Shown here: positions 9,694-18,523 of the stretch, piece after piece
Numbering within the stretch: position 1 is the first letter of the stretch
How the letters are laid out: each line of letters opens with the position of its first letter
Sequence record: NC_023568.1
DNA length: 64,000 nt
Strand: one strand, 5' to 3'
Made by a program: the position numbers and the translations under genes
The notes under the pieces: generated by a model
What the model saw: the letters and a program-made list of their open reading frames with translations, nothing else
Told to the model about the DNA's origin: nothing
The model's database searches: none

Positions 9694-9969
9694 ATGATTG
9701 AAGTGAATATCGACGACTTGCTGAAAAATGGTAAAGTCACATTTGAATTTGAGAAAGCAGATGGTTCTATTAAGACTGTAACTGGTACGCGCAATCTCGA
9801 TTTCATCCCTGCTGAGTTTCACCCGAAAGAAAAGCCTTTAGCTGAAGGTGAGACAAAGCCAGAGAAAACAGAAAAGCAAAAAGCGACATGCGGTTACTTC
9901 GATCTCGAAGCTAATGGCTGGCGTTCGTTTAAACGAGCTAATTTACGCGAAGTGAAATCGTTTGATTAA
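9694..9969 (+). CDS. DUF2693/WYL_2-type SH3-fold protein
   Basis: F.F.KADGS.K..TGT.N...IP and YFDLE..GWRSF. Confidence 0.65.
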   Translation: MIEVNIDDLLKNGKVTFEFEKADGSIKTVTGTRNLDFIPAEFHPKEKPLAEGETKPEKTEKQKATCGYFDLEANGWRSFKRANLREVKSFD

Positions 9970-10171
9970 AGACCCGTTTGCTGAACACTTGCGCGTCGGA
10001 CAGTGTATTATTCACAAGAAGACGAGCAATGTGTATACAGTAACGAGTAAAGGCAAACTCAAGTTCGACGGTAAGTGGTACAATGCTATCACTTACACGA
10101 GCGAACTAGGCGACGTATACACAAGAACATACGACGACTTCCGCGGGTTTGAACTAAATAGTCCGCACTGA
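9962..10171 (+). CDS. hypothetical protein
   Basis: 69 aa ORF. Confidence 0.6.
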   Translation: MIKDPFAEHLRVGQCIIHKKTSNVYTVTSKGKLKFDGKWYNAITYTSELGDVYTRTYDDFRGFELNSPH

Positions 10172-10265
10172 GAGACGGTCGCAGTGCGCTGATAAAACAG
10201 CGATCAACAAATAGGAGTGATGGGCCCTAACTCATCAAATCATCAACTTTCGTGAGAACTATATA

Positions 10266-10472
10266 ATGGCTACAGAAAAAGAATTACTCGATGACGTGAA
10301 TAACTTCTGGATTGGTTGGGACCAACGTGGTCCTGAGAGTCGAGATTATGACATCGAAGATGGTAATATGCGCAAGAAATGTCGTGAGTTTGAAGAGCGA
10401 AAGAAAGCTACAGACGAACGCATTGCAGCATTTGAAGCAACACGAAACAAATACAAAAGACGAGAGAAATAA
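10266..10472 (+). CDS. hypothetical protein
   Basis: 68 aa ORF coupled to gp31. Confidence 0.65.
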   Translation: MATEKELLDDVNNFWIGWDQRGPESRDYDIEDGNMRKKCREFEERKKATDERIAAFEATRNKYKRREK

Positions 10473-10810
10473 TGACACTTAAAGCACACGCAATGGGCGA
10501 ACAAATCATCATCGACACTAAAGCAGTTAAAGAAGGTGAAGAAATCAAATCTGAAGGTGGTATCGTTCTCGGGCGTGCTACTCAACCCGAAGTTCCGCTT
10601 CACGGTATTGTGATTTCTGTCGGCGAAGACGTAGACCAAAAGGTCATCAAAGTAGGTGACAAAGTTCTATTACCACTAGGTAATATCAAAAACGTACCTG
10701 ACCCACGCATTATCGAAGGTATCATGAAGCCAGACGATCAAGATCGTGCGCTATGGGTGCATACACACTACAAAAACATCGCGGCTGTATATCGCGACGA
10801 CGAGGCATAA
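10472..10810 (+). CDS. 31: GroES-like head assembly co-chaperonin gp31
   Basis: EIKSEGGIVLG mobile loop, GIVISVGEDV, KVGDKV. Confidence 0.88.
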   Translation: MTLKAHAMGEQIIIDTKAVKEGEEIKSEGGIVLGRATQPEVPLHGIVISVGEDVDQKVIKVGDKVLLPLGNIKNVPDPRIIEGIMKPDDQDRALWVHTHYKNIAAVYRDDEA

Positions 10811-10812
10811 CA

Positions 10813-11202
10813 ATGAACGACAATCTTAGACTAATTGAAGTATCAGCAACTGGCTACTACAGCAACGCGACCGCAGCACACACGTGCTGGGTTACGGCTG
10901 AGTTCGTTGAGAAATATGAAGATGCGATTTGCGCATTTAGCTTTTCTTTCAGTGACCTAGACGGTAAGCATTCTGAAACAGAAGCTGAAGTTTGCATACA
11001 TGAAGAACAGCGCGACATGGCACTGGCTTGGAGTGAGTCTCAAGGTGAAGATTGGTCAATCACTGAAATCATGTTCGACCATGAAGCATTCGAGAGCGAT
11101 GACATTGAAGAAATGATCAGCTTGAACGAAGACATGAACAACACGATTGAAGTCAAGACACAAACAGTCATTACAATCGGTACTGAAACTATCATTGTAT
11201 AA
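10813..11202 (+). CDS. acidic hypothetical protein
   Basis: ORF, start reassigned to ATG 10813. Confidence 0.65.
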   Translation: MNDNLRLIEVSATGYYSNATAAHTCWVTAEFVEKYEDAICAFSFSFSDLDGKHSETEAEVCIHEEQRDMALAWSESQGEDWSITEIMFDHEAFESDDIEEMISLNEDMNNTIEVKTQTVITIGTETIIV

Positions 11203-11228
11203 AAAAGGGAGCTAATTGCTCCCTTTTT
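11201..11228. terminator. bidirectional terminator between convergent genes
   Basis: AAAAAAGGGAGC-TAATT-GCTCCCTTTTT. Confidence 0.85.
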
Positions 11229-11229
11229 G

Positions 11230-11736
11230 CTATTCGTCATCTCCATAACCATACTTGTTGTTGTCAAAATCACAACGCGGGTTATTCAAGAAACTCTTTC
11301 TGTAAATCTTTTCCAATTCGCTTTTCTTCGCACCCTCTGGGTACTTAATACCTAGACTGTCTAAATGTTCTTTTTGCTCTTGCAGTTTTAATCGACTGAA
11401 GATCTTAGTTTGGTCTTTTGGGTGCTGAGGGTGATAATCATTATCTGAGTAATCAGCTTCTAGGTATTCTACTAGATTTTTAAGCCACTGAATGTAATCA
11501 ATTCCACGACCTTTCAAACCACTTCTTGTAAACTTATGAATCACAACGCCTTCGTAAGTATTGCACGCTCGACACAGAACGCCTCGAATATGCCCCGTGT
11601 TGTGGTCGTGGTCAGTATGTGGCGTGCTTTTCTCTTCACTCAATTTAGTACCGCACAACACACATCTGTCCAATTGATCCATGATTAGTTCATTACGGCA
11701 TTCTGTCAGTTCTGATTGTTTAAGTTGTTTGCTCAT
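11230..11736 (-). CDS. 49: recombination endonuclease VII (Holliday junction resolvase)
   Basis: CVLC..DHDH..G.IRGVLC..CN..EG zinc/HNH-type motif. Confidence 0.9.
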   Translation of the reverse strand: MSKQLKQSELTECRNELIMDQLDRCVLCGTKLSEEKSTPHTDHDHNTGHIRGVLCRACNTYEGVVIHKFTRSGLKGRGIDYIQWLKNLVEYLEADYSDNDYHPQHPKDQTKIFSRLKLQEQKEHLDSLGIKYPEGAKKSELEKIYRKSFLNNPRCDFDNNKYGYGDDE

Positions 11737-11767
11737 GTTTTTCTCAAAAAGTTATTGACTATGCTAT

Positions 11768-11775
11768 TGTTTATA
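11768..11775 (-). promoter_or_regulatory. candidate late promoter for gp49
   Basis: TATAAACA on minus strand, one mismatch to T4 TATAAATA, about 30 nt upstream of start. Confidence 0.45.
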
Positions 11776-11808
11776 TGTACAATGAGAAGGCAAATTCATA
11801 TAAGGAAT

Positions 11809-12069
11809 ATGACAATGAAATTGAGACATTTAAGACAACGACTCGAAACTCTTGCGATATGTGAATTCAGCGTCGTCGAAGTTCGATACTTTGAAGATGG
11901 TCGAGAGCGTTATATCACGCCAGAGTTCGAAATCGAATTCAACCCAGAAGTGACAATCATCATGTTGTCAGATTCAAAAGGTCGAATCTCTTACAATGAG
12001 ATCGAAATAGAAAAAGAAATCGCAAGTCATGAAGAGCTTGCACATCGTGAACGTTTTTTAGGAATTTAA
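11809..12069 (+). CDS. hypothetical protein
   Basis: start after TAAGGA RBS. Confidence 0.65.
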   Translation: MTMKLRHLRQRLETLAICEFSVVEVRYFEDGRERYITPEFEIEFNPEVTIIMLSDSKGRISYNEIEIEKEIASHEELAHRERFLGI

Positions 12070-12078
12070 GGTAAAATT

Positions 12079-13086
12079 ATGAGCTTTGTGAAATACACAT
12101 CATTAGAAAACAGCTACCGTCAAGCATTCGTAGACAAATGTGACATGCTTGGCGTCAAAGAATGGGTAGCTCTTGAGAAGATCCACGGTGCCAACTTCAG
12201 TTTTATCGTCGAATTCAAACCAAGCACTGAGGAAGTACCTGGAGAGATGTCTGTAACGCCCGCTAAACGCACTTCTACTATTGGCGCTAATGCTATGGGT
12301 GATTACGACTTCTACGGTTGTACGAGCGTTGTAGAAGCTCACATCGAAAAAATGCAAGATATCTCAAATTGGCTATTTGCCAATGATTTTATCAAAAACG
12401 ATGAAACGATCATCGTCTATGGTGAACTTGCAGGTAAAGGCATTCAAAAAGAAGTCAACTACGGTGATAAAGATTTCTGGGCTTACGATATCTTATGCCC
12501 AGAAACCGGTGAGTTTCTAGATTGGGATGTTGTGCTCAAAGCATGTAAGTTTGCTGGAGTCAAGACGACTCACGAAATCGCACGCGGTACACTTGATGAA
12601 CTACTTAAAATCGATCCCCTCTTCAGAAGCTTTCACACGCCCGCTGACGTTGATAGTGAAAACGTAGCAGAAGGGTTCGTAGTTAAGCAATTGAAAGCGG
12701 AGAAACGCTTACACAACGGTTCTCGTGCAATCTTGAAGGTTAAGAATGAGAAATTCAAAGAGAAAAAGAATAAGCAGGGAAAAACGCCGCGAGCTAAAGT
12801 TGTTCTTACAGAAGAACAAGAAAAACTGCACGCTGCATTTAGTTGTTATCTAACTGAAAACCGCTTGCGCAATGTACTGAGTAAGATCGGCAAAGTTGAA
12901 GCGAAGCAGTTCGGTATGGTAAGTGGTTTGTTTGTCAAAGACGCGAAAGATGAGTTTGAACGTGACGAACGAGACGAAGTAGCAATCCCTCGTGATGATT
13001 GGGATGTTATCAAGCGTTCTCTAGTCAATGTAGCCAACGAGATCTTGCGTAAGAACTGGTTGAATATCGTTGATGGTACTTTTTAA
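12079..13086 (+). CDS. rnl2: RNA ligase 2
   Basis: EKIHGANFS (motif I), GELAG, EGFVVK, LKVKNEKF. Confidence 0.93.
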   Translation: MSFVKYTSLENSYRQAFVDKCDMLGVKEWVALEKIHGANFSFIVEFKPSTEEVPGEMSVTPAKRTSTIGANAMGDYDFYGCTSVVEAHIEKMQDISNWLFANDFIKNDETIIVYGELAGKGIQKEVNYGDKDFWAYDILCPETGEFLDWDVVLKACKFAGVKTTHEIARGTLDELLKIDPLFRSFHTPADVDSENVAEGFVVKQLKAEKRLHNGSRAILKVKNEKFKEKKNKQGKTPRAKVVLTEEQEKLHAAFSCYLTENRLRNVLSKIGKVEAKQFGMVSGLFVKDAKDEFERDERDEVAIPRDDWDVIKRSLVNVANEILRKNWLNIVDGTF

Positions 13087-13196
13087 ACACTTTCGTAAAC
13101 TATACTGCAAGCACACGAACAGGAATGAAACAAGTGTATGTGGCATTATATTCTGGTCGTGTCCTGACTGCGGCGATGATAATTATCGCGATAGAT

Positions 13197-13220
13197 AAAG
13201 CTCCTTCGGGAGCTTTTTTT
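13197..13220 (+). terminator. intrinsic terminator
   Basis: AAAGCTCC-TTCG-GGAGCTTTTTTT. Confidence 0.88.
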
Positions 13221-13272
13221 GTATCTGAAACATGACATAAGTACTCATAACAGTATATGAGTGAGACTTATC

Positions 13273-13824
13273 ATGGCATTTATGAAAAAAGAGAAAGACA
13301 CAAAAGACATTACAGAAGCAGATGTACAGTACGCAATTGCCGTACAAAGCGTATGGATTCACAAGAGATACACAGCGGTTATACCAAACTGTTACACCAA
13401 GTTCGATAATGAAGCTGATTTATTTGGTATTCGACCAAGTGGTTTATGTGATGAGATTGAAATCAAAGTATCTAAAGCAGATTATCGAGTTGACGAGCAG
13501 AAAACTGTTCTAATCGAAAATGAGTCTTACGATCACTGGCGTGACAAGTATACCAAAACACCAAAACGTGATGCATTGCAAGATGGTAAAATGAGCAATT
13601 ACTTCTGGTATGCATTCCCGAAAGGTCTTGTCGACCATGCTGATGTACCTGAGTGGGCTGGTATAATCGAAGTAGATGGTTTTCTCAATGCAAGAGAAGT
13701 AAGAATGCCAAAACGTCTACATGGTGGAAAGATGACAATCGAAGAGCAGTTAAAGCAAATCAAGAAATTGGGCTTTCGATTCTGGAATCTGGTTAAAAAG
13801 AACAAGAAGAGCGAAGCGAAATAA
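13273..13824 (+). CDS. PD-(D/E)XK nuclease-like protein, MmcB-like
   Basis: EADL..I..SG..DEIEIKVSKADY.D; GII motif near C-terminus. Confidence 0.6.
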   Translation: MAFMKKEKDTKDITEADVQYAIAVQSVWIHKRYTAVIPNCYTKFDNEADLFGIRPSGLCDEIEIKVSKADYRVDEQKTVLIENESYDHWRDKYTKTPKRDALQDGKMSNYFWYAFPKGLVDHADVPEWAGIIEVDGFLNAREVRMPKRLHGGKMTIEEQLKQIKKLGFRFWNLVKKNKKSEAK

Positions 13825-13920
13825 CCAACTGAGGCCCAAAAATTGGGCATCATCTTAGTAGTATTAGTAGTTTTAGTGAAGTTAGAGATATTAGTAATAT
13901 TAGGGGATTGAAAATAACTT

Positions 13921-13960
13921 GAGAAAGTTGTTGACAGTCCCCTTTTTTGATCGTACTATA
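13921..13960 (+). promoter_or_regulatory. sigma70-type early promoter
   Basis: TTGACA-N17-TACTAT. Confidence 0.75.
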
Positions 13961-13993
13961 CAGTCCTTGAAACAATTTATGTGAGTGAAGACT

Positions 13994-14518
13994 ATGAACT
14001 TGAGTGAACGTGAAGAAGAGCTAAGATCGTTATCGATTGAGCATGTGGACGATGAAGTTGCTGTTACTGTCTCATGTGCTGGCATGCTGAATTACTACAC
14101 TGTTTGCCCGTCAGAGTTCAAAGACTTTTTGGACAACCATGAGGGAACAGCTTATGTAGCATTTGAATGGCACAACATGCCATGTGATTTACAAGACGAA
14201 GAATTAGACTTCGACGGTCTACTTGCTTGGTTTAATCTCGATGAACAAGAACGTGAAATCTGCGAAGCATTGTATAATAACAACGTTTGTATGTCATTCG
14301 AAGATGCAGCCGAGAAAATCAGTGACTGTTGGGTGTTCGAAGGCACAAGCGAAGACTATGCAAGACATGTAACGTCTGAGCTAATGGGTATTCGCTTAGA
14401 AGATATGCCTGTCATTGTAAGCAGCAACATCAACTGGCGTGATGTATTCATCGACCTTGACGCAGAAGGTAATATCTACGAAATTGGTCGCGACAAATAC
14501 TTAACAGTACACGGTTAA
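13994..14518 (+). CDS. ArdA-like antirestriction (DNA mimic) protein
   Basis: very acidic; C-terminal SEDYA...E...MP..V..NINW..V..DL...G pattern resembles ArdA. Confidence 0.5.
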   Translation: MNLSEREEELRSLSIEHVDDEVAVTVSCAGMLNYYTVCPSEFKDFLDNHEGTAYVAFEWHNMPCDLQDEELDFDGLLAWFNLDEQEREICEALYNNNVCMSFEDAAEKISDCWVFEGTSEDYARHVTSELMGIRLEDMPVIVSSNINWRDVFIDLDAEGNIYEIGRDKYLTVHG

Positions 14519-14519
14519 A

Positions 14520-15098
14520 ATGAGTAGCACAAAAGGTAAAGTCAACAAAGACGATTACTACGCTACGCCAGACTGGATTGTTGAAGAGTTTCTACTAGAG
14601 TTTGAAACTCGCATTCAGCATGAGCACGAGAAGAGCATGGCAGGTATGTACGTGCTCGACCCATCATGTGGTGGTTGTTCAGAACACAAAGCAGCATATC
14701 CCGTAGCATACAAGAGTTTGTATCATGTTGATATTGACACAATGGACATTCGCGAAGACAGTCACGCGCAAATTATCGCGAACTATCTTGAAGCTGATGT
14801 TCAAGTGAATTACTACGATATGATCATGACTAACCCACCGTTCAGCTTATCAGTTGATTTTGCAGAGAAAGCACTGAGCGAAGTCAAGAATGGTGGTTAT
14901 GTTGTCATGCTACAACGTCTTAACTGGCTAGGTAGTATCAAACGAAAGCCTTTCTGGGATGAAGCACCCCTGAGAGCAGTGATGGTTCATCATCGAAGAC
15001 CATCATTTCACGGTACAAAAGGCACAGACTCGATTGAGTATGCGCACTTTGTATTTCAAAAAGGTTACGCAGGTAAAGCAGAGATTATAGTAATATGA
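14520..15098 (+). CDS. DNA N6-adenine methyltransferase
   Basis: DYYATP, VLDPSCGG (SAM binding), TNPPF (catalytic). Confidence 0.85.
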   Translation: MSSTKGKVNKDDYYATPDWIVEEFLLEFETRIQHEHEKSMAGMYVLDPSCGGCSEHKAAYPVAYKSLYHVDIDTMDIREDSHAQIIANYLEADVQVNYYDMIMTNPPFSLSVDFAEKALSEVKNGGYVVMLQRLNWLGSIKRKPFWDEAPLRAVMVHHRRPSFHGTKGTDSIEYAHFVFQKGYAGKAEIIVI

Positions 15099-15310
15099 TT
15101 ACTTCAGTTGAAACTTATGAAGGTCTACTAGACACATTCGACAAACCACAACAAATGAAAATCGTAGATGGTGATGTTCATTATTCACTATTCGGCACTC
15201 AGTTGTTTAGTCGCAAAAGCGAACTATTGCTAGAGACCTACTTGGTTTCAACTGAATCTACGCTCGGTGATGTTTACATGTGGAGAGTGGCATGTCGTTT
15301 ACGAAAATGA
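15095..15310 (+). CDS. hypothetical protein
   Basis: 71 aa coupled ORF. Confidence 0.6.
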   Translation: MITSVETYEGLLDTFDKPQQMKIVDGDVHYSLFGTQLFSRKSELLLETYLVSTESTLGDVYMWRVACRLRK

Positions 15311-15684
15311 GAAAAATAAGGGAATCTATGTCCAATTTTAAAGCAAATCTAGCAAGTCGTAGTACGATTAAGATCAATGGTACTGAGTATCACGGTACAA
15401 GCGTGACAGTTAAGAACGGCAAAGTCGTTGTTGACGGTCGTTTGCAAGGTGATATTGATGACCGCGTGGTAAACGTGTACATTGATGGTGACTGTACTCT
15501 TGTTCAAAACGAGAACGGCAATATTGCATGTCGTAACGTACAAGGTGACGTGACAACGACTAATGGCGATATTGAATGTGACGATGTTGATGGTTCAGTA
15601 TCATCAACAAACGGTGATATCAAATGTGGTGATGTTGCTGGTAATGTAAGCACAAACAACGGGGATATTATTCGAAAATGGTAG
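15307..15684 (+). CDS. beta-solenoid repeat protein (DUF4097-like)
   Basis: repeats of G.V.T.NGDI.C. Confidence 0.6.
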   Translation: MRKIRESMSNFKANLASRSTIKINGTEYHGTSVTVKNGKVVVDGRLQGDIDDRVVNVYIDGDCTLVQNENGNIACRNVQGDVTTTNGDIECDDVDGSVSSTNGDIKCGDVAGNVSTNNGDIIRKW

Positions 15685-15950
15685 ATAAAACTCGAATCAA
15701 AGAAGTAATTGACCTCGCGATTGAAAAAATTGAAGCAGGTTCAAATATTGCACACAGCGTGCAAGAGTTTACTCCGTTTGATATTGTCAACTACTTACAA
15801 GAAATTGGCTACGAAGCTCATGATCTTGAGACAAACGGTTGGCAAGTAGACTTCTGGCAAGATTTCACCAAAGACGGCTGCAAGAAACTTACATTTGCAG
15901 GTAGCTGGTATTTCGGTCAATCAACACTGAGTGAGGCATGTGATGACTAG
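15678..15950 (+). CDS. hypothetical protein
   Basis: 90 aa coupled ORF. Confidence 0.65.
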   Translation: MVDKTRIKEVIDLAIEKIEAGSNIAHSVQEFTPFDIVNYLQEIGYEAHDLETNGWQVDFWQDFTKDGCKKLTFAGSWYFGQSTLSEACDD

Positions 15951-16239
15951 ACAAACAGATTTTTTCGGTCGAGAAATTAAAGACGGTGACTTTGTATTGC
16001 GTGCAAAGAACTCAGGTCGTTCTTACTCAATGAACGTACTGCTCGTTGTTGACTTGCCTGATGGTCGTCGTAAATACCTAGAACTCAGACCTTACGGTGG
16101 TGTTAGCAACAATGCCAAATTACCTGTCGGTAGTTCAGCGACGATTGTCGAACCTGAAATCGTCGAGCAAAAGTACCCAGATGCTTATCGCGCTGCGTTA
16201 GTAGAAGCTGCAAATCTTCGCACGGTAATCCCTCGATAG
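15943..16239 (+). CDS. hypothetical protein
   Basis: start after GAGG. Confidence 0.65.
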   Translation: MTRQTDFFGREIKDGDFVLRAKNSGRSYSMNVLLVVDLPDGRRKYLELRPYGGVSNNAKLPVGSSATIVEPEIVEQKYPDAYRAALVEAANLRTVIPR

Positions 16240-16308
16240 TTGTTCTCGATAGTTGTTGACGTGAGTTGTCAATTGTGTATAATGCTCTTAAATTGAAGGA
16301 GAACTACT

Positions 16309-16446
16309 ATGATTGACAACATGATACGCGACATGATTGAGTCTGAATATGAATTCGATGACATCATTCATTGTCTTGAAAAGCAATACAAGATGCCTCA
16401 TATAGAAGCAGTGGACGCTCTAAACGAGGTAATTAACGATATGTGA
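16309..16446 (+). CDS. small acidic hypothetical protein (45 aa)
   Basis: read manually; AAGGAG RBS, upstream TTGACG..TATAAT promoter. Confidence 0.6.
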   Translation: MIDNMIRDMIESEYEFDDIIHCLEKQYKMPHIEAVDALNEVINDM

Positions 16447-16453
16447 GAAATAC

Positions 16454-18523
16454 ATGATTATTCATACCCCTGAAAGTAAAGTCCAAACATCTGGTAAGAT
16501 GCGAACGGCTGGCTTTAATATGAAAGCAAGTGCAAAAGGCTTTCGTATTATTTCGACTACACTATACAAAGACCCTATTCTAGCTATTGTACGTGAATTG
16601 ACATGTAACGGCTGGGATGCTCATCAAATGAACAAAAATATCGATAAAGCAATCGAAGTACACTTGCCGAATCAGTTTGAACCATGGTTTGCAGTGAAAG
16701 ATTTCGGTTGTGGTATGAGCGATGACGAGATCTTTGGCGTGTACACGACTGTTTTTGATTCGACGAAAGACGACTCGAACGACGTGATTGGTGCAATGGG
16801 TCTTGGTTCTAAGACACCGTTTAGCTATAACAACGGTCAATCGTTCACTGTTAAGTCAACAAAGAACGGTCTTAAAGCGGTTTACTCTGCTTATCTTGAT
16901 AATGGCGAACCTGCAATCACTTGTATGTCAGAGCCTGCACCAACTGATGAGCCTGATGGTGTTGAAGTAATCGTACCAGTACGTAAAGAAGACTTCAATC
17001 GCTTCAAAGAAGCTGCAAACAAAGTAATGCCGTACTTCAAAGCACCTGCTGTTGAGACGAATATCACTCTTTCTGAGCGTAATTTCACTCATATGGACGG
17101 TTACTTCACTGAAAACAAGAAGAATTCATGGCGTTCTGGTGATGTTTACGCAGTAATGGGCAATGTTTGTTACCCACTAAGTGAATATCACATTCAAGAT
17201 ATTCATCTAGTTCGAAACTACTTCAAGAACTCTGATCTATACATTGAATTCCCGATTGGTGAACTCGATGTCAGTGCGTCTCGTGAAGAGCTTCACTATG
17301 ATGACTATACGATTGACAATATCAATAAGCGTGTGAATGAAATCAATTCTAAGTTTCTAGCTGAAGCACAGAAATGGGTTGATGATCAAAACTTTGATTA
17401 TATCGGTGATGCATATCGCGCTTGTGACAATCGTTTCAATGACGTTGTGCTGAAGAAGCTGAAGTTTAATGACGAGCTTGTGGCGACTTATGCAAGTCGT
17501 ATGCTTAAAGATTTCCCGATTATGGGTAAAACTGTACGTATGCGACCTGAGTGCAGCAATAAAGAAGGTGTTCAACGCAATACCCGTGCTGCGCGTCCGT
17601 ACGACTTGGTCAACCCGCGTAATGATTACTCTAAAAAACCGATTACGGTCATTGTTGACGATTTGAAGTCTGGTGGTGTTGCAATCACAAAAGAATATAT
17701 TCGTCAAGAAAACGTGAGTATTTTCTATCATCATGACGATAAGCCGTCTACGACTGCACCGTTGGCATTCTTCAAAGAACGTCTTCGTGATTGTGAGTAT
17801 CGCGTGTTGAAAACGTCTGATTTGAAAGCGAATTACACGCCTCAGAAGAAGAGCGTCAAGAAAAAACCAGTGTCAGCTACAATTCGTTTGTATGAAATGC
17901 GAATTAATGAAGACGGCGAGCGTACAGTTAAAGCATCTGACGTTAAACGCGAAGTATTAAAGAGCGGTTCGTTTCATTACGTAAGTCTGTTCCGTGATTA
18001 CATTGAGAAAGTACCAGAGTGTGGTCATGGTCTTGATTACCATCGTTCGTTGGGTATGATCGAGACGATTATGCGTATTAAAGGCATTGATGTTGTTTAC
18101 ATCGCTCGACGTCCTGAGTACGTTCACATCAAAGGTAATGAAAATGCTGTAAATATCTTTGATATTAAGTTTAACAAGCGTGAATTGCGTAGTAAAATTG
18201 ATTGGAAATCATACACAGTTGATAATAATCTGTACGGGTATCGCAGTGCGCTTGTGATGACGTGGAATAATGATGCTGTTCGTAATCATTTCGGTTACGC
18301 TCGTTCTTATCACACGTGTAATCAGACGATTGATCGACTGTGCGACCACTTCTCTGCTATTCGCGACGTTCGAACACAAGAGCAAGAAAAGCACTTAGAG
18401 AAGTTGAAAAAGATTCAAAATGAATCGAAATATGAATTGCTATTCAAACTTGTTGGTTCTAACACGTGTGAAGAATCAACTACAAAACTAATTAAACTCT
18501 TGAGAGGAAAACGCAATGGTTAA
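16454..18523 (+). CDS. rIIA: rIIA protein (GHKL-type N-terminal domain)
   Basis: IVRELTCNGWDAH, DFGCGMS, STK..SND.IGAMGLGSK.PFSY; followed by rIIB. Confidence 0.9.
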   Translation: MIIHTPESKVQTSGKMRTAGFNMKASAKGFRIISTTLYKDPILAIVRELTCNGWDAHQMNKNIDKAIEVHLPNQFEPWFAVKDFGCGMSDDEIFGVYTTVFDSTKDDSNDVIGAMGLGSKTPFSYNNGQSFTVKSTKNGLKAVYSAYLDNGEPAITCMSEPAPTDEPDGVEVIVPVRKEDFNRFKEAANKVMPYFKAPAVETNITLSERNFTHMDGYFTENKKNSWRSGDVYAVMGNVCYPLSEYHIQDIHLVRNYFKNSDLYIEFPIGELDVSASREELHYDDYTIDNINKRVNEINSKFLAEAQKWVDDQNFDYIGDAYRACDNRFNDVVLKKLKFNDELVATYASRMLKDFPIMGKTVRMRPECSNKEGVQRNTRAARPYDLVNPRNDYSKKPITVIVDDLKSGGVAITKEYIRQENVSIFYHHDDKPSTTAPLAFFKERLRDCEYRVLKTSDLKANYTPQKKSVKKKPVSATIRLYEMRINEDGERTVKASDVKREVLKSGSFHYVSLFRDYIEKVPECGHGLDYHRSLGMIETIMRIKGIDVVYIARRPEYVHIKGNENAVNIFDIKFNKRELRSKIDWKSYTVDNNLYGYRSALVMTWNNDAVRNHFGYARSYHTCNQTIDRLCDHFSAIRDVRTQEQEKHLEKLKKIQNESKYELLFKLVGSNTCEESTTKLIKLLRGKRNG

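Noticed and set aside
10213-10255. 11-codon uORF after AGGAG
   Set aside because: SD-to-ATG spacing is only 2 nt
13125-13235. Short hydrophobic ORF after rnl2
   Set aside because: Poor SD spacing, and it runs through a strong terminator
13273-15098. Type II restriction-modification pair (nuclease plus methylase)
   Set aside because: The genes are separated by a promoter and another ORF and appear differently regulated; an orphan methylase is more parsimonious
16454-18523. MutL/Hsp90 or topoisomerase call from the GHKL motifs
   Set aside because: Size, adjacency to rIIB and the STK..SN..IG..GLGSK motif fit rIIA
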